From Tepidisphaera sp. (GTDB lineage: Bacteria > Planctomycetota > Phycisphaerae > Phycisphaerales > UBA1924): DNA of 64,000 bases. The position numbers were made by a program, and so were the translations under genes. Below are positions 21,392 to 33,445 of the stretch, piece after piece. Each line of letters begins with the position of its first letter. Positions within the stretch are counted from its first letter, which is position 1. The notes under the pieces are model-generated. The model did no database searches, was not told the DNA's origin, and saw nothing but the letters and a program-made list of their open reading frames with translations. The stretch lies in assembly GCA_050916045.1 (NCBI GenBank), contig CP051526.1, forward strand, positions 544,001 through 608,000. The letters are read 5' to 3'.

Positions 21392-22167
21392 GGAGCCACC
21401 TTGCGGAGCGTGCAGGAGTGGGGCGTCTTGCCCACACACATCTTGCGCTCGTAGTTGGTGCCGACCACCTCGCCCTCGCCCATGCGCTCAAGCGCGGCGA
21501 ACGGGAGGAGGTCAAACGGCTTGGGCACGTCCGGAAGCGAACCGACCGGCACCGCGCCCGAAGCTCGGAGAGCTGCGAACGCCGGAGCGTCCGTCCAGGC
21601 GGCGAAGTGCTGCATGTCCCAGGTCCACAGCTCATCGTGGTCGGTCACGACGCGGAGCTCGCCCGCGGGGGCGAGGGTGCGCCACACTTCGGCGAGGAAC
21701 CGGTGCTGGATGACGCGGTTCTTGTGGTGCTTGGTCTTGGGCCAGGGGTCCGAGAAGTAGAGGTGGATGACGCGGAGCAGGTTGGCGGGCGTCCGCCAGC
21801 GGAGGAACTCGGTGGCGTCGGCGTGGAGCATGCGCACGTTGGTGACGCCGGCGCGGCGGAGGCGGTCGGCGGTGTACGCGAAGAACTCGCCCTCCCACTC
21901 GATGCCGAGGAAGTTGGTCTCGGGCCGGGCTTTGGCTTCGTTTAGGATGAAGGTGCCCTTTCCGCAGCCGATCTCGAGTTCGAGGGGCAGGGCGGGGTTG
22001 GTGAACCAGGCCCGCGGGTCGAGGTGGCCTCCGGTGGGGTTGGAAGCCAGGTCGTCGGGGAGGGGCGGGATGGCTTCGCGCGCGACCGCGATGACGCCCG
22101 GGGCGGTGTCGTACTTGCCCTGTTGGGGTGGTTGCTGCGCGGGATGGGAGGAGGGCGTGCGGGTCAC
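21388..22167 (-). CDS. trmB: tRNA (guanine46-N7)-methyltransferase
   Basis: ELEIGCGKG, NFLGIE, LYFSDPWPKTKHHKNR, VVTDH, TNYERK; start GTG 22167 tentative. Confidence 0.92.
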   Translation of the reverse strand: MTRTPSSHPAQQPPQQGKYDTAPGVIAVAREAIPPLPDDLASNPTGGHLDPRAWFTNPALPLELEIGCGKGTFILNEAKARPETNFLGIEWEGEFFAYTADRLRRAGVTNVRMLHADATEFLRWRTPANLLRVIHLYFSDPWPKTKHHKNRVIQHRFLAEVWRTLAPAGELRVVTDHDELWTWDMQHFAAWTDAPAFAALRASGAVPVGSLPDVPKPFDLLPFAALERMGEGEVVGTNYERKMCVGKTPHSCTLRKVAP

Positions 22168-22402
22168 GGGCGAGTGTAGGAATTGGGGTCCGCAGATGTC
22201 CGCAGAAAACCACACCGGGCTTTGGTGAGATCTCTTGGGGGGGCATGGTCGTATAACCCAATGTGCGTCGTGCGCACGGGGAAACCCCTCTTGGATTCTC
22301 GGTACCGGTTCATCCGGCCGATGACAAGAGGTTGGTTGCGGAATGGATTCCAGAGGGCGCCGGTCTCCGATCTGGAGCGCGGGAGCCCGGGAGGGCACGC
22401 CG

Positions 22403-24502
<2,100 letters not shown>

Positions 24503-24711
24503 GTGAGCGGCGACGATCGATTTCACGCCGAGGCCGAGTCTTTCTCGAAGACTCGTCAGCCTCGGCGTGGGATTTGCCTGTACGCTCGCCGAAACAGCCG
24601 TGGAACGAAGACCGCGACCCGAGCGGGTTTGCGATGGAGCGTCGTGCCAAGATCGACCTGATGCGAACATAAGAGTCTCGCCGACGTCCGCCAACGTCGT
24701 ATCGTTGTCCA

Positions 24712-25695
24712 ATGGGTCTTGTCAGCCAGAAACTCGATCTTCGCGACGACCGGGGCGTGGTGCTTGCGACGGTTGAGCCGGAGCATCGGCGGGAGGGGTT
24801 GTGGCAGGATCGGAAGAAGCCTTGGCGGTCGTGGTCGTCGTGGCGGTTCTTGAGTGTTGTGCCGGTGCTCGGGCTGGGGGTGTATGTCATGTGGAGTCGG
24901 GGGTGGTCGCCACAGCCGATCCCGTGGCTGGTGGTTGCGTTTGGGGTCGGATCGTTTGGGCCTCGTGTTTCCACGCGGGGGAGCGTTCGACGGCTTTGCT
25001 CGAACGCGAAGCGTCTGGCGTGGGGGCCTATCGCGTGGCTCAGCGCGTATCGGCATTGCGGGGCGTGCGGGTACAGCTTGGCGGAGGTTGAAGCGGGCGA
25101 GGACGGGTGTGCGACGTGCCCGGAGTGTGGGGCGGCATGGCATCGGGACCGATGGACGATGGCGGGGCAGGACCCTCGCGAGAACAGCGAACTAGTGGGC
25201 CTGCTCGGTGGTGCGAGGTGGGGGCGGCAGAGTGAGGCGAACGCGTTCGTGTTGGACGATCGCGGCGTGCCTTTCAAGGCACCCGGGGGCGCGTATCCGA
25301 AGTGGGTTTCGGCGCGCGAGACAGATGGGCTTGCCCGCGAGCGTGTGCGGCGTGGGCTCAACGCGGCCGGGAACCGATGGCTTGTGGTGGCGGCGTGTGT
25401 GTGGGTGCCGGTGTGGGCGGGGCTGGTCGGGTTGATCGTGTGGCAGAGCCAACCGCTCCCTCGAGAGTGGTGGTCGCAGGTCTTTCTTTTGACGGCCCTT
25501 TTCGGATTACTTGGGCTGTTGATGCTGTATCTCGTTCGCCGATTTTCGATCAGCGATTCGGTGATCCGGAAAGTCTCGCTCGGCGAGGGCCGATGTCCGT
25601 GCTGCGGGGGGGCCATGAACGGCGACGCGGAGTTTGACGGGTGTGTGGCGTGTCGGCGGTGTTCGCGGGCGTGGCGGGTCGAAGCGAAGGCGTGA
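24712..25695 (+). CDS. Hypothetical membrane protein with two internally duplicated TM-hairpin + zinc-ribbon modules
   Basis: Two halves each starting at DDRGV, followed by two TM segments and CxxCG...CxxC (CGACGY...CPECG; CPCCG...CRRC). Confidence 0.7.
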   Translation: MGLVSQKLDLRDDRGVVLATVEPEHRREGLWQDRKKPWRSWSSWRFLSVVPVLGLGVYVMWSRGWSPQPIPWLVVAFGVGSFGPRVSTRGSVRRLCSNAKRLAWGPIAWLSAYRHCGACGYSLAEVEAGEDGCATCPECGAAWHRDRWTMAGQDPRENSELVGLLGGARWGRQSEANAFVLDDRGVPFKAPGGAYPKWVSARETDGLARERVRRGLNAAGNRWLVVAACVWVPVWAGLVGLIVWQSQPLPREWWSQVFLLTALFGLLGLLMLYLVRRFSISDSVIRKVSLGEGRCPCCGGAMNGDAEFDGCVACRRCSRAWRVEAKA

Positions 25696-25752
25696 AAGAC
25701 AAACCTCGCGCTCGCGCGTGAGGCTCGTTGTGCGTGAGGTGTGGGGCGTGGC

Positions 25753-27252
25753 TCAGCAGCCTTCTTCAAAGGCTTGGACGTAATCGGCGTAGTCGAAGAA
25801 GTCGAGGAAGCCGTCGGCGTTGAAGTCGACGGGGCAGGGGTTGGCGGGGGCTTGCACGGCGAGGAACGCGCTGACGGGCTTGGTGTCGCAGCCGGTGGCG
25901 ATTCGGCACTCGTAGACGGCGGAGTCGGCGGGCTCGACGTTCTGGATGCGGAGCAGTCGGGTGTCGGCGCCCGAGATGCGAGCGGAGTTGAGCAGAGGGC
26001 TTCCGTTCTTGTACCAGCGGTAGTCGAGATTGACACCGACGGCGCTGGTTGCGAATTCGGCGGTCGCGCCGGGGGCGAGGATCTGGTTGTCGGGTCGCTG
26101 GAGGATCTGGACGGGCCCGCCGCCGGAGGTTTCCAGGATGCAGAGCTGGCCGGTCCGATCGGCCCAGAGCACGTCGGGGAGCCCGTCGCGGTTGCGGTCC
26201 ATGAGGGTGGCGAGGGGATTGCTGCCAGCGACGCCGGCACCGCCGAAGTCCAACGGTGCGGCGAAGGCGGGTGCTCCGCGGTTGAGGTAGACGAGGGCGC
26301 GCAGGTTGAACCCGGTTTCGCTGGCGACGGCGGTGACGTCCGGGGAGCCGTCCATGTCGAAGTCTGCGACGGTGAGGGCGTTTGTGGAGAGGTCGGCGGG
26401 GCCTGAGACAACGGTGCACGTGAAGGCGCCCAGGGGATTGCCGATGAAGACGAGGAATCCTGATGTGTTGTTGGTGGCGATGATGTCGGGAATGCCGTCG
26501 GAGTTGATGTCCTGAACGACGCGGCTGGTGAGGCCGTTGTTGTTCGCGGCTGCGGAGACGCGGCGTGCCTGGAAGGACCCGTTGCCGTTGCCTTTGAAGA
26601 AGTTGACGCCCGCGGGGTTGCTGACGGTGGTGAGGACGTCGTCGCGGCCGTCGTGGTCGACGTCGATGAGGGTGATGAGGTTCGGACCGTCCCCGGCGGG
26701 GTAGGTCGTTCGGGGAAAGAACCCGCCGCCGGCGGCGCCCATCAGCACCGAGATGGTGTCGTCGCTGGTGTTGGTGACGACGAGGTCGGGTCGTTGGTCG
26801 CCGTTGAGGTCGCTGAGGGCGAGGCTGGTGGGGGTGCGGCCGACGGAGTACGCGGCGGAGGCGGTCAGGAACGTCCCGTCGCCGACGCCGCGGTAGACGC
26901 GGACGGATCCGGCGGCGTACTCGATGGCGAGGAGGTCCAGGTTCCCGTCCCCATCGGCGTCCTCAATGATGAACCTGACGAGGGTCTGGGGTGCAGGGAG
27001 CGGGATGAATTGGATCGAGGTGTAGGTTTGGGCGGCGTTGCGGCGGATCACGGTGACGCCGGTGCTGCCGGGGGTGCCGCTCGAGGCGGTGATGATCTCT
27101 TCGACGCCGTCGTGGTCGAGGTCAACGGCTTTGAGGTCGCTGGTGAAGGATGGGATGGTGAAGAAGGAGATTGGGGGAAAGAAGAACGGCCCGCAGTCGG
27201 CGAGGGCGGTGGGGGCGAGGGAGAGGACGGCGAGAGCGAGGGTACGAATCAT
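25753..27252 (-). CDS. Secreted FG-GAP/VCBS-repeat beta-propeller + Ig-like domain + single-repeat dockerin-like tail
   Basis: Signal peptide; repeats DLDHDG, DADGDGNLD, DLNGDQRPD, DVDHDGRDD, DINSDGIPD, DFDMDGSPD; YRWYKNG...DSAVYEC Ig; tail CPVDFNADGFLDFFDYADYVQAFEEGC. Confidence 0.88.
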   Translation of the reverse strand: MIRTLALAVLSLAPTALADCGPFFFPPISFFTIPSFTSDLKAVDLDHDGVEEIITASSGTPGSTGVTVIRRNAAQTYTSIQFIPLPAPQTLVRFIIEDADGDGNLDLLAIEYAAGSVRVYRGVGDGTFLTASAAYSVGRTPTSLALSDLNGDQRPDLVVTNTSDDTISVLMGAAGGGFFPRTTYPAGDGPNLITLIDVDHDGRDDVLTTVSNPAGVNFFKGNGNGSFQARRVSAAANNNGLTSRVVQDINSDGIPDIIATNNTSGFLVFIGNPLGAFTCTVVSGPADLSTNALTVADFDMDGSPDVTAVASETGFNLRALVYLNRGAPAFAAPLDFGGAGVAGSNPLATLMDRNRDGLPDVLWADRTGQLCILETSGGGPVQILQRPDNQILAPGATAEFATSAVGVNLDYRWYKNGSPLLNSARISGADTRLLRIQNVEPADSAVYECRIATGCDTKPVSAFLAVQAPANPCPVDFNADGFLDFFDYADYVQAFEEGC

Positions 27253-27302
27253 GGCGGGACTCCTGGAAGGGCCTCCCTCGATGTCAGGGCGGCGACACGC
27301 GG

Positions 27303-27331
27303 CATGCGATGGACGACAGGGGTGGGTGCCA
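27303..27331 (-). promoter_or_regulatory. Shared bipartite motif, copy 1 (putative alternative-sigma promoter)
   Basis: Minus strand TGGCAC-N16-TCGCATG, ending 51 nt upstream of ATG 27252. Confidence 0.6.
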
Positions 27332-27351
27332 GGAATCAGGGCAAAAACGGG

Positions 27352-27378
27352 CAGGCCACCGGGGTTTCCGGTGGCCTG
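27352..27378 (-). terminator. Intrinsic terminator after the 27417 gene
   Basis: CAGGCCACCGG-ggttt-CCGGTGGCCTG; minus strand continues CCCGTTTTT. Confidence 0.75.
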
Positions 27379-27416
27379 AGGGGGTTATGGGATCGAAAGA
27401 GCTTGGGGAGGCGTGT

Positions 27417-28835
27417 TCAGCAGCCCTCTTCAAAGCCTTGGACGAAGGCGTCGTAGTCGAAGAAGTCGACGAAGCCGTCGCCGTTGAAGTCGATGGCGCA
27501 GATCGGGACGGTGGGGTTGTGCTCGAAGGCGCCGACATCCACGACGCCGGCGATTCCCGGGAGGAAGTTGACGGGCTCGGCGTCGACGAAGCGGAGCTCG
27601 CCCTCGGCGTCTCGTGGGACGTTGACGTTGGCGGTGCCCACCCGGGCGAAGGTCGAGCCGCGGTCGATGCAGGGCGAGAGCGGCGAAAGCCGATAATCGT
27701 CGCTTCGGTCGTAGAAGTTGTTCGGGCCGGGCGCGTTCAGGAACTGGGGCTGCTGCGAGAAGTTGCCGAGGCCGGGCTCCATGACGCCGACGGTGTTGCA
27801 GTACTCGAAGGAGATGGTGGACTGCGGGGCGCGGTCGGCGATGGCTCCGTAGGCCTGAATGATGCTGTTTCGCACTGTCGCGCGGTATCGGCCGGCGGGC
27901 GCCCCTTCGGTCACGACGCCGAGCCCTACGCCGGCGATCGTGCAGTTCTGAATCACGACGTCCATTGGCCGGTTCAGAGGGGCCAGCAGGATGCCGCTGA
28001 GGGCTTCGGTGATGACGCAGTCGGAGATGGTTGCGTTGCTGCTCGCGAAGATTGCGATCCGCGCGCCGGCGATGTGACAATTCCTGATCGTCTGTCCATC
28101 GAAGATCGCGATCTGGCGGTCGGTCGACGCCCCGGCCGAGACGATCGTGAAGCCTTCGAGGACCGTTTCGGGTCCCTGGCCACCCGCGAGGATGATCCCG
28201 TAGGTGGGGTCCGTGGTGGAGATGGTCGTGACGGCCGGACCTTCGGCGGAGCGCACGATGAGCTTCTTGAACCCGAAATCGAAGCTCCCCGTGTAGTTGC
28301 CGGGGAGAACCTTGATCACCTGCCCGTCGCGGGCGGCGTTGATGGCGGCTTGGATGGTCGGGTACTCGGTGGGGACGCGGATATCGCCGTCGACCTCGAC
28401 GATGGCGGGGAGCACGGCCCAGTCGCCCCGGTCGTTCCAGCGGCCGTTGGAGGGGGCCATCGCGACGAGGTCCTCGAGGCCGCTGCCGTTGTTTGGCTCG
28501 CCCGGTGCCCAGTTGAACCAGACGGCGGGGTCGCCGCCGATCCAGGAGTAGAAGTTCTCGGTGGCGATGTCGTTGACGCCGATGAAGCACTCGGAGGTGT
28601 TGCGTCCGAAAGCGGCGACGTTGGCCCGGACCCACTCGTTGGTGGTGCTGTCGTGAATCGTCGCGAGCGACCCGCCGAGAGCGGCGGCGCGGGCGTTGGC
28701 GTCGGCCCAGGTCGTGGGGGCGAGGCGGTAGTAGCGTTTGCCGTTGGCGGGGTTCATGACGGGCCCGACGACGACCTGAGCCTGCGCGGCGGTGAGCAGG
28801 GCGAAAGCGGTCAAGATAGCGAGGCATCGTGACAT
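27417..28835 (-). CDS. Lectin-array paralogue 7: signal peptide + C-type-lectin-like + beta-helix + dockerin-like tail
   Basis: MSRCLAILTAF start with AGGAG RBS; WAPGEPNN...WND; IRVPTEYPTIQAAI; tail CAIDFNGDGFVDFFDYDAFVQGFEEGC. Confidence 0.88.
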   Translation of the reverse strand: MSRCLAILTAFALLTAAQAQVVVGPVMNPANGKRYYRLAPTTWADANARAAALGGSLATIHDSTTNEWVRANVAAFGRNTSECFIGVNDIATENFYSWIGGDPAVWFNWAPGEPNNGSGLEDLVAMAPSNGRWNDRGDWAVLPAIVEVDGDIRVPTEYPTIQAAINAARDGQVIKVLPGNYTGSFDFGFKKLIVRSAEGPAVTTISTTDPTYGIILAGGQGPETVLEGFTIVSAGASTDRQIAIFDGQTIRNCHIAGARIAIFASSNATISDCVITEALSGILLAPLNRPMDVVIQNCTIAGVGLGVVTEGAPAGRYRATVRNSIIQAYGAIADRAPQSTISFEYCNTVGVMEPGLGNFSQQPQFLNAPGPNNFYDRSDDYRLSPLSPCIDRGSTFARVGTANVNVPRDAEGELRFVDAEPVNFLPGIAGVVDVGAFEHNPTVPICAIDFNGDGFVDFFDYDAFVQGFEEGC

Positions 28836-28881
28836 GGTGGATCTCCTTGGGTTGATGGGGAGGGGTTGGGCCGAGGCGAGA

Positions 28882-30312
28882 TCAGAAGGCGCAACCGAAC
28901 TCGAAGGCTTCGACGAAGGCGTCGTAATCGAAGAAGTCGATGAAGCCGTCCGCGTTGAAATCGACGGTGCAGAGCGGTGCGGGGGCGGTGTATTCGTACG
29001 CACCGCAGTCGGCCACGGGCCCGGGGCCCGCGCCGGTGTCGAAGGTGGCGGCGTCATCGACAAAGCGCGGGCCTCCTCTCAGATCCGTGGGGATGGAGAG
29101 GTAGGAGAGGGGTTTGCGGCGTGCGTTGTTGGCGGCGTCGATGCAGGGGGAGGTGGGCTGGAGGAAGTAGTCGTCGGTGAGCTCGTAGATGCCGTTGGAG
29201 CCGGGGGCGTTCACGAAGCGAGGGTCGGCGTTGAGGTTGTTGGGGCCGACGTCTCCCTCGGCGACGACGTTGGAGAGGAAGAAGATGTTTGCGGTGCCGC
29301 CGGCGCCAAAGGGCGAAGTGTTGCCCGCGGTCACGGAGTTGATGAGAGACACCGTCACGGAGATCCCGGGCACGTTGTCGATCGAGATCAGGCACTGGTT
29401 GTTTCCGACGAGTGTGCAGTTCTGGACGGTTGCGTTGGTGCGGGTGCCGTTTGACGAGACGACCAGACCGGGCGCGCATCCCACCACGAGAGAGTCTGAG
29501 ATGAAGGAGGTACCGCGTAGGTGAACTCCGGCTGCGTTTGGATTGTTCAAGCGGCAATTGCGGATGACCTGGCCGTCATAGGCGATCACGAGGGCGTCTG
29601 CCGTGCCCGAGCTCGGGACGACAGTAAAGCCCTCGAGAACGGTCTCTGGACCTTACCCGCCCGTCATGTTGATCCCGATGCTGCCAGGGAGAACGCGGAT
29701 CGTCGTGCTCGAGGGCCCGCCCTCAGACCGGATCACGAGTTTCTTGGTTCCGTAGTTCACGTTCCCGGTGTGTTGACCCCGGGCGACGAGGATGGTCTGT
29801 CCATCGACAGCGGCGTCGACGGCGGCCTGGATGGTCGCGTACTCGGCGGGGACGCGGATGGGCCCGGTGACTTCAACGATCGCGGGTCGGCTGATCCCGT
29901 TGGGGATGTCGTTCCAGAGGCCCGAGGAGGGAATCATGCTTCCAAAGTCCTCGCCAGCGCCGGCGTTGTTGGGCTCGCCAGGCAACCAATTGAGGTAGAC
30001 CGGCTTCTCGCCGTTGGACCAACGGAAGGTGCCCTCGGCGGCGACGTCGTTGATCCCGATGAAGCAGGTCACGGTGTTGCCGCCGGCGGCGGCGAGGTTG
30101 GCGCGGATCCACTCGTTGGTGGCGGCGTCGTGAATGGTGACGAGGGTGCCGCCGAGGCTTGCGGCTTGGGTGTTGGCGTTGGCCCAGGTCGTGGGGGCCA
30201 GGCGGTAGTACCGTGTGCCGGTGGTGGGGTGGGCGATGGGGCCGATGGGGGCTTGGGCGATGGCGGTTCCCGCGAGAGCGAGGGCGGTGAGGACGGTGAG
30301 CGTGCCTTTCAT
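28882..30312 (-). pseudogene. Lectin-array paralogue 6, interrupted by an in-frame TAA at 29653-29655
   Basis: Track ORFs 29653-30357 and 28882-29589 are in the same frame; junction reads MTGG*GPETVLEGFT where paralogues read GGQGPET(I/V)LEGFT. Confidence 0.85.
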
Positions 30313-30361
30313 GGTGGTCTCCTGTGGTCGGGGGGGGGGGTGCGTGATGCTCGGCACGCAT

Positions 30362-30389
30362 CATGCGACGGGCGAGCGATGAGGTGCCA
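30362..30389 (-). promoter_or_regulatory. Shared bipartite motif, copy 2
   Basis: Minus strand TGGCAC-N15-TCGCATG, ending 50 nt upstream of ATG 30312. Confidence 0.6.
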
Positions 30390-30415
30390 CGATTGACGGT
30401 GAAATGCGTGAAAGA

Positions 30416-30447
30416 CAGCGGGCCGCCGGTACATCGGCGGCCCGCTG
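30416..30447 (-). terminator. Intrinsic terminator after the 30480 gene
   Basis: CAGCGGGCCGCCG-gtacat-CGGCGGCCCGCTG 13-bp stem; TCTTT follows on the minus strand. Confidence 0.75.
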
Positions 30448-30479
30448 GGAAGCTGCTGAGGGCTTGGGTTGGGGCGAGA

Positions 30480-31910
30480 TCAGGACGAGCAGCCGAACTC
30501 GAAGGCTTCGACGAAGGCGTCGTAGTCGAAGAAGTCGACGAAGCCGTCCACGTTGAAGTCGACGGGGCAGGGGTTCGGGGTGGGGATCACGGGGACGCGT
30601 TCGAGGGCTCCCATGTCGATCGCGGGGACGGTGGCTTGCGAAGCGGGGTCGTCCATGATGCGGGTGTTGCCGTCAAGATCGTTGAGCGTGACGATGGCGG
30701 TCATCGGGCGTCGGGCGGCGGCGTTGCCGCGATCGACGCACGGTGAGTCGGCGGCGAGGCGGAAGTCGTCGCTGACGCCGTAGATGAAGTCGGCGCCTGG
30801 CGCGTTCACGAAGCGAGGGGGCATGTCGATGTTGCCGACGCCCGGGTATCCGCCCTCGATGTTGGAGTGGGTGACGCGGAACTGGGACTCGGGCCCGGCG
30901 CTGAGCTGGCCGTTGTTGTCGTAGATGATGCAGTTGTTGATGTTCACGATGGTCGGGAAGGGGGACTGGTCGGCGGTGGCTTCGATGCCCTTGAGGTTGC
31001 CGACGATGGTGCAGTTCTGGATCGTGGGGTTGACGCGGTTGCCGGTGTACGAACGGGCGTAGATGCCAAGGCCCGGGCGTATGCCGGTGATGAGGCAGTC
31101 CGAGATCGTGGCGGATCCGCCGATGAACACCCCGGCTTCCTCGGCTCCGGTGATGATGCAATCGCGGAGGACCGGGCTGTCGCGGAGGACGACAGTGCGC
31201 GTCACGGTGGTCTGCGGTCGGATGGTGAAGCCTTCGATGACGGTTTCCGGCCCCTGACCGCCGGCGAGCGTGAGGCCGTCCGTGGTGTTGGTGGTCACGA
31301 TCGTGGTGACGCGGGGTCCGCCCGAAGAGCGGAGCACGATGCGCTTGGTGCCGAAGTTGAGCGTGCCGACGTAGGTGCCAGGCGCGACGACGATGGTCTG
31401 GCCGTTGAGTGCGGCGTTGAGTGCGGACTGGATGGTCGGGTACTCGGCGGGGACGCGGATGTCGCCGTCGACCTCGACGATGGCGGGGAGGACCGCCCAA
31501 TCGCCCCGGTCGTTCCAGCGGCCGGTCGAAGGGATCATCGCGCCGAGGTCTTCGAGGCCGTTGCCGTTGTTGGGCTCGCCCGGGGACCAGTTGAACCAGA
31601 CCGCGGGCTCACCGCCGATCCAGTTGTAGAAGTTCTCGATGGCGATGTCGTTGATGCCGATGAAGCACTCGGCGGTGTTGTTGCCGAAAGCGGCGATGTT
31701 GGCCCGGACCCACTCGTTGGTCGTGCTCTCGTGAATCGTCGCCAGTGAGCCGCCGAGCGCCGCGGCGCGGGCGTTGGCGTCGGCCCAGGTGGTGGGAGCG
31801 AGGCGGTAGTAGCGTTTGCCGTTGGCGGGGTTGATGGTCGGGCCGACGACGACCTGAGCGTGAGCTGCGGCGGCGAGGGCGAGGGCGGTCAGGAGGGCGA
31901 ATCTGCGCAT
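30480..31910 (-). CDS. Lectin-array paralogue 5
   Basis: Signal peptide; WSPGEPNN...WND; IRVPAEYPTIQ; tail CPVDFNVDGFVDFFDYDAFVEAFEFGCSS. Confidence 0.88.
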   Translation of the reverse strand: MRRFALLTALALAAAAHAQVVVGPTINPANGKRYYRLAPTTWADANARAAALGGSLATIHESTTNEWVRANIAAFGNNTAECFIGINDIAIENFYNWIGGEPAVWFNWSPGEPNNGNGLEDLGAMIPSTGRWNDRGDWAVLPAIVEVDGDIRVPAEYPTIQSALNAALNGQTIVVAPGTYVGTLNFGTKRIVLRSSGGPRVTTIVTTNTTDGLTLAGGQGPETVIEGFTIRPQTTVTRTVVLRDSPVLRDCIITGAEEAGVFIGGSATISDCLITGIRPGLGIYARSYTGNRVNPTIQNCTIVGNLKGIEATADQSPFPTIVNINNCIIYDNNGQLSAGPESQFRVTHSNIEGGYPGVGNIDMPPRFVNAPGADFIYGVSDDFRLAADSPCVDRGNAAARRPMTAIVTLNDLDGNTRIMDDPASQATVPAIDMGALERVPVIPTPNPCPVDFNVDGFVDFFDYDAFVEAFEFGCSS

Positions 31911-31958
31911 GGTGCGTCCTTTCAGGACTGTTTGGGGGGACGGACGAAATGGGAACGA

Positions 31959-33389
31959 TCAGCAGCCGAGCTCGTACGCTTGCACGAACTCGTCGTAATC
32001 GAAGAAATCAAGGAAGCCGTCGCGGTTGAAGTCGACGGGGCACGTTGGTTCGGGGACCGACGGGAGAGCTTCGAACGCGCCGATGTCGATGCGGGCCTGG
32101 GAAAGCGGATTCACATCGGTGGTGCCGTGAGCGAGGCGAGGGCGGTTTCCGGCATCAAGCTGGGTGCGGACGGTTCCGAAAGCGGCGCGGACTAGGTCGT
32201 TGCCGGCATCGATACAAGCGGAGTCGGGTGCGAGGGTGTAATCCTCCCCGAGCTCGAAATATCCGTCCGGGCCTGGAGCGCCGTTGAACCGGGGCGGGCT
32301 TGAGATGTTGCCGGGGCCGGGCCGGAGGGAGTTCGGAGTGTTGCAGTGGCTGAACTCAACGCGGCCGGAGCCGAGTTGGATGTCGGAGTAGTGACCGAGG
32401 AGGATCGAATTGGAGACTTTGATGACCAGAGGCCGGGCGAGGGACTGGAAGAAGGTGTAGAGCGGAACTCCGGTGGTGATGGTGCAGTTCTGTACCGTGA
32501 TGTTTCCGGGCTTGGGGGTTTGAAGGCCGGCGATGCCGATGTACGTCTCGGTGATGAGGCAGTCCGAGATGATGACGCTTCCGCCCGCGGCGACGCCGTT
32601 GGACGACCGGCCGATCCGGCAGTTCCGCACGACCTGACCGTCGACCGCGATGATTCCGTACTGCGTTCCGAAGTAGGTGGAGGGATGGATCGTGAATCCT
32701 TCGAGGATCGTCTCGGGTCCCTGGCCACCCGCCATCACGATGCCGTAGGCTCCGCCCGTCGTCACGATGGTGGTGGCGGCGGGGCCTGCTTGCGAGCGGA
32801 CGACGAGCTTCTTGTAGCCGAAGTCGAAGTTCCCCACATGGTTTCCCGGCGCGACTTCGATGATCTGTCCATCGATGGCGGCGTTGATCGCGGCTTGGAT
32901 GGTCGGGAATTCCGCGGGGACGCGGATGGGGCCGGTGACCTCGACCACCGCGGGGATGAAGATGCCCGACGTCGACACGTCGTTCCAGGTCCCGTCGGCG
33001 TTCATGCAACCGGCATCCTCGTCACCGCCGAAGTCGTTGGGTTCACCGGGACCCCAGTTCGCGTAGTAGGGCGGGTCGCCGGTGACCCAGCGAAAGTCTC
33101 CTTCCCTGCTTTCGTCGGAGAGGCCGATCCAGCAGGGGAAGGTACTGCCACTCGCGGTGACGACGTTGTGACGGATCCAGGTATTGAGCGCCTCGTCCGT
33201 GATGACGGCAAGCCGTGCGCCCATCGCGGTCGCCGCGGCTCGCGAGGTGGCGAGGTCGGCGCGGCCCAGACGGTGGTAGCGTGTGCCCGTCTCGGGGTGA
33301 ACGATCGGGCCGATCACGGGTTGTGCTTGGGCGAGTAAAGCGGGGATTGCCGTGGCAAGCGCGGTGAAGAGCAGGGTGGAGAACTTCAT
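31959..33389 (-). CDS. Lectin-array paralogue 4
   Basis: MKFSTLL start with GGAGG RBS; CWIGLSD, WGPGEPND...WND; tail CPVDFNRDGFLDFFDYDEFVQAYELGC. Confidence 0.88.
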   Translation of the reverse strand: MKFSTLLFTALATAIPALLAQAQPVIGPIVHPETGTRYHRLGRADLATSRAAATAMGARLAVITDEALNTWIRHNVVTASGSTFPCWIGLSDESREGDFRWVTGDPPYYANWGPGEPNDFGGDEDAGCMNADGTWNDVSTSGIFIPAVVEVTGPIRVPAEFPTIQAAINAAIDGQIIEVAPGNHVGNFDFGYKKLVVRSQAGPAATTIVTTGGAYGIVMAGGQGPETILEGFTIHPSTYFGTQYGIIAVDGQVVRNCRIGRSSNGVAAGGSVIISDCLITETYIGIAGLQTPKPGNITVQNCTITTGVPLYTFFQSLARPLVIKVSNSILLGHYSDIQLGSGRVEFSHCNTPNSLRPGPGNISSPPRFNGAPGPDGYFELGEDYTLAPDSACIDAGNDLVRAAFGTVRTQLDAGNRPRLAHGTTDVNPLSQARIDIGAFEALPSVPEPTCPVDFNRDGFLDFFDYDEFVQAYELGC

Positions 33390-33445
33390 GGGACCTCCGT
33401 GGCGAGGGCGGGGGATGGGAGCGGCATGGGGCGGGAGTGGTGGGC

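Noticed and set aside
27326..27331. TGGCAC as a sigma54 -24 box
   Set aside because: The required TTGC five bases downstream is absent; the conserved partner lies 15-16 nt away.
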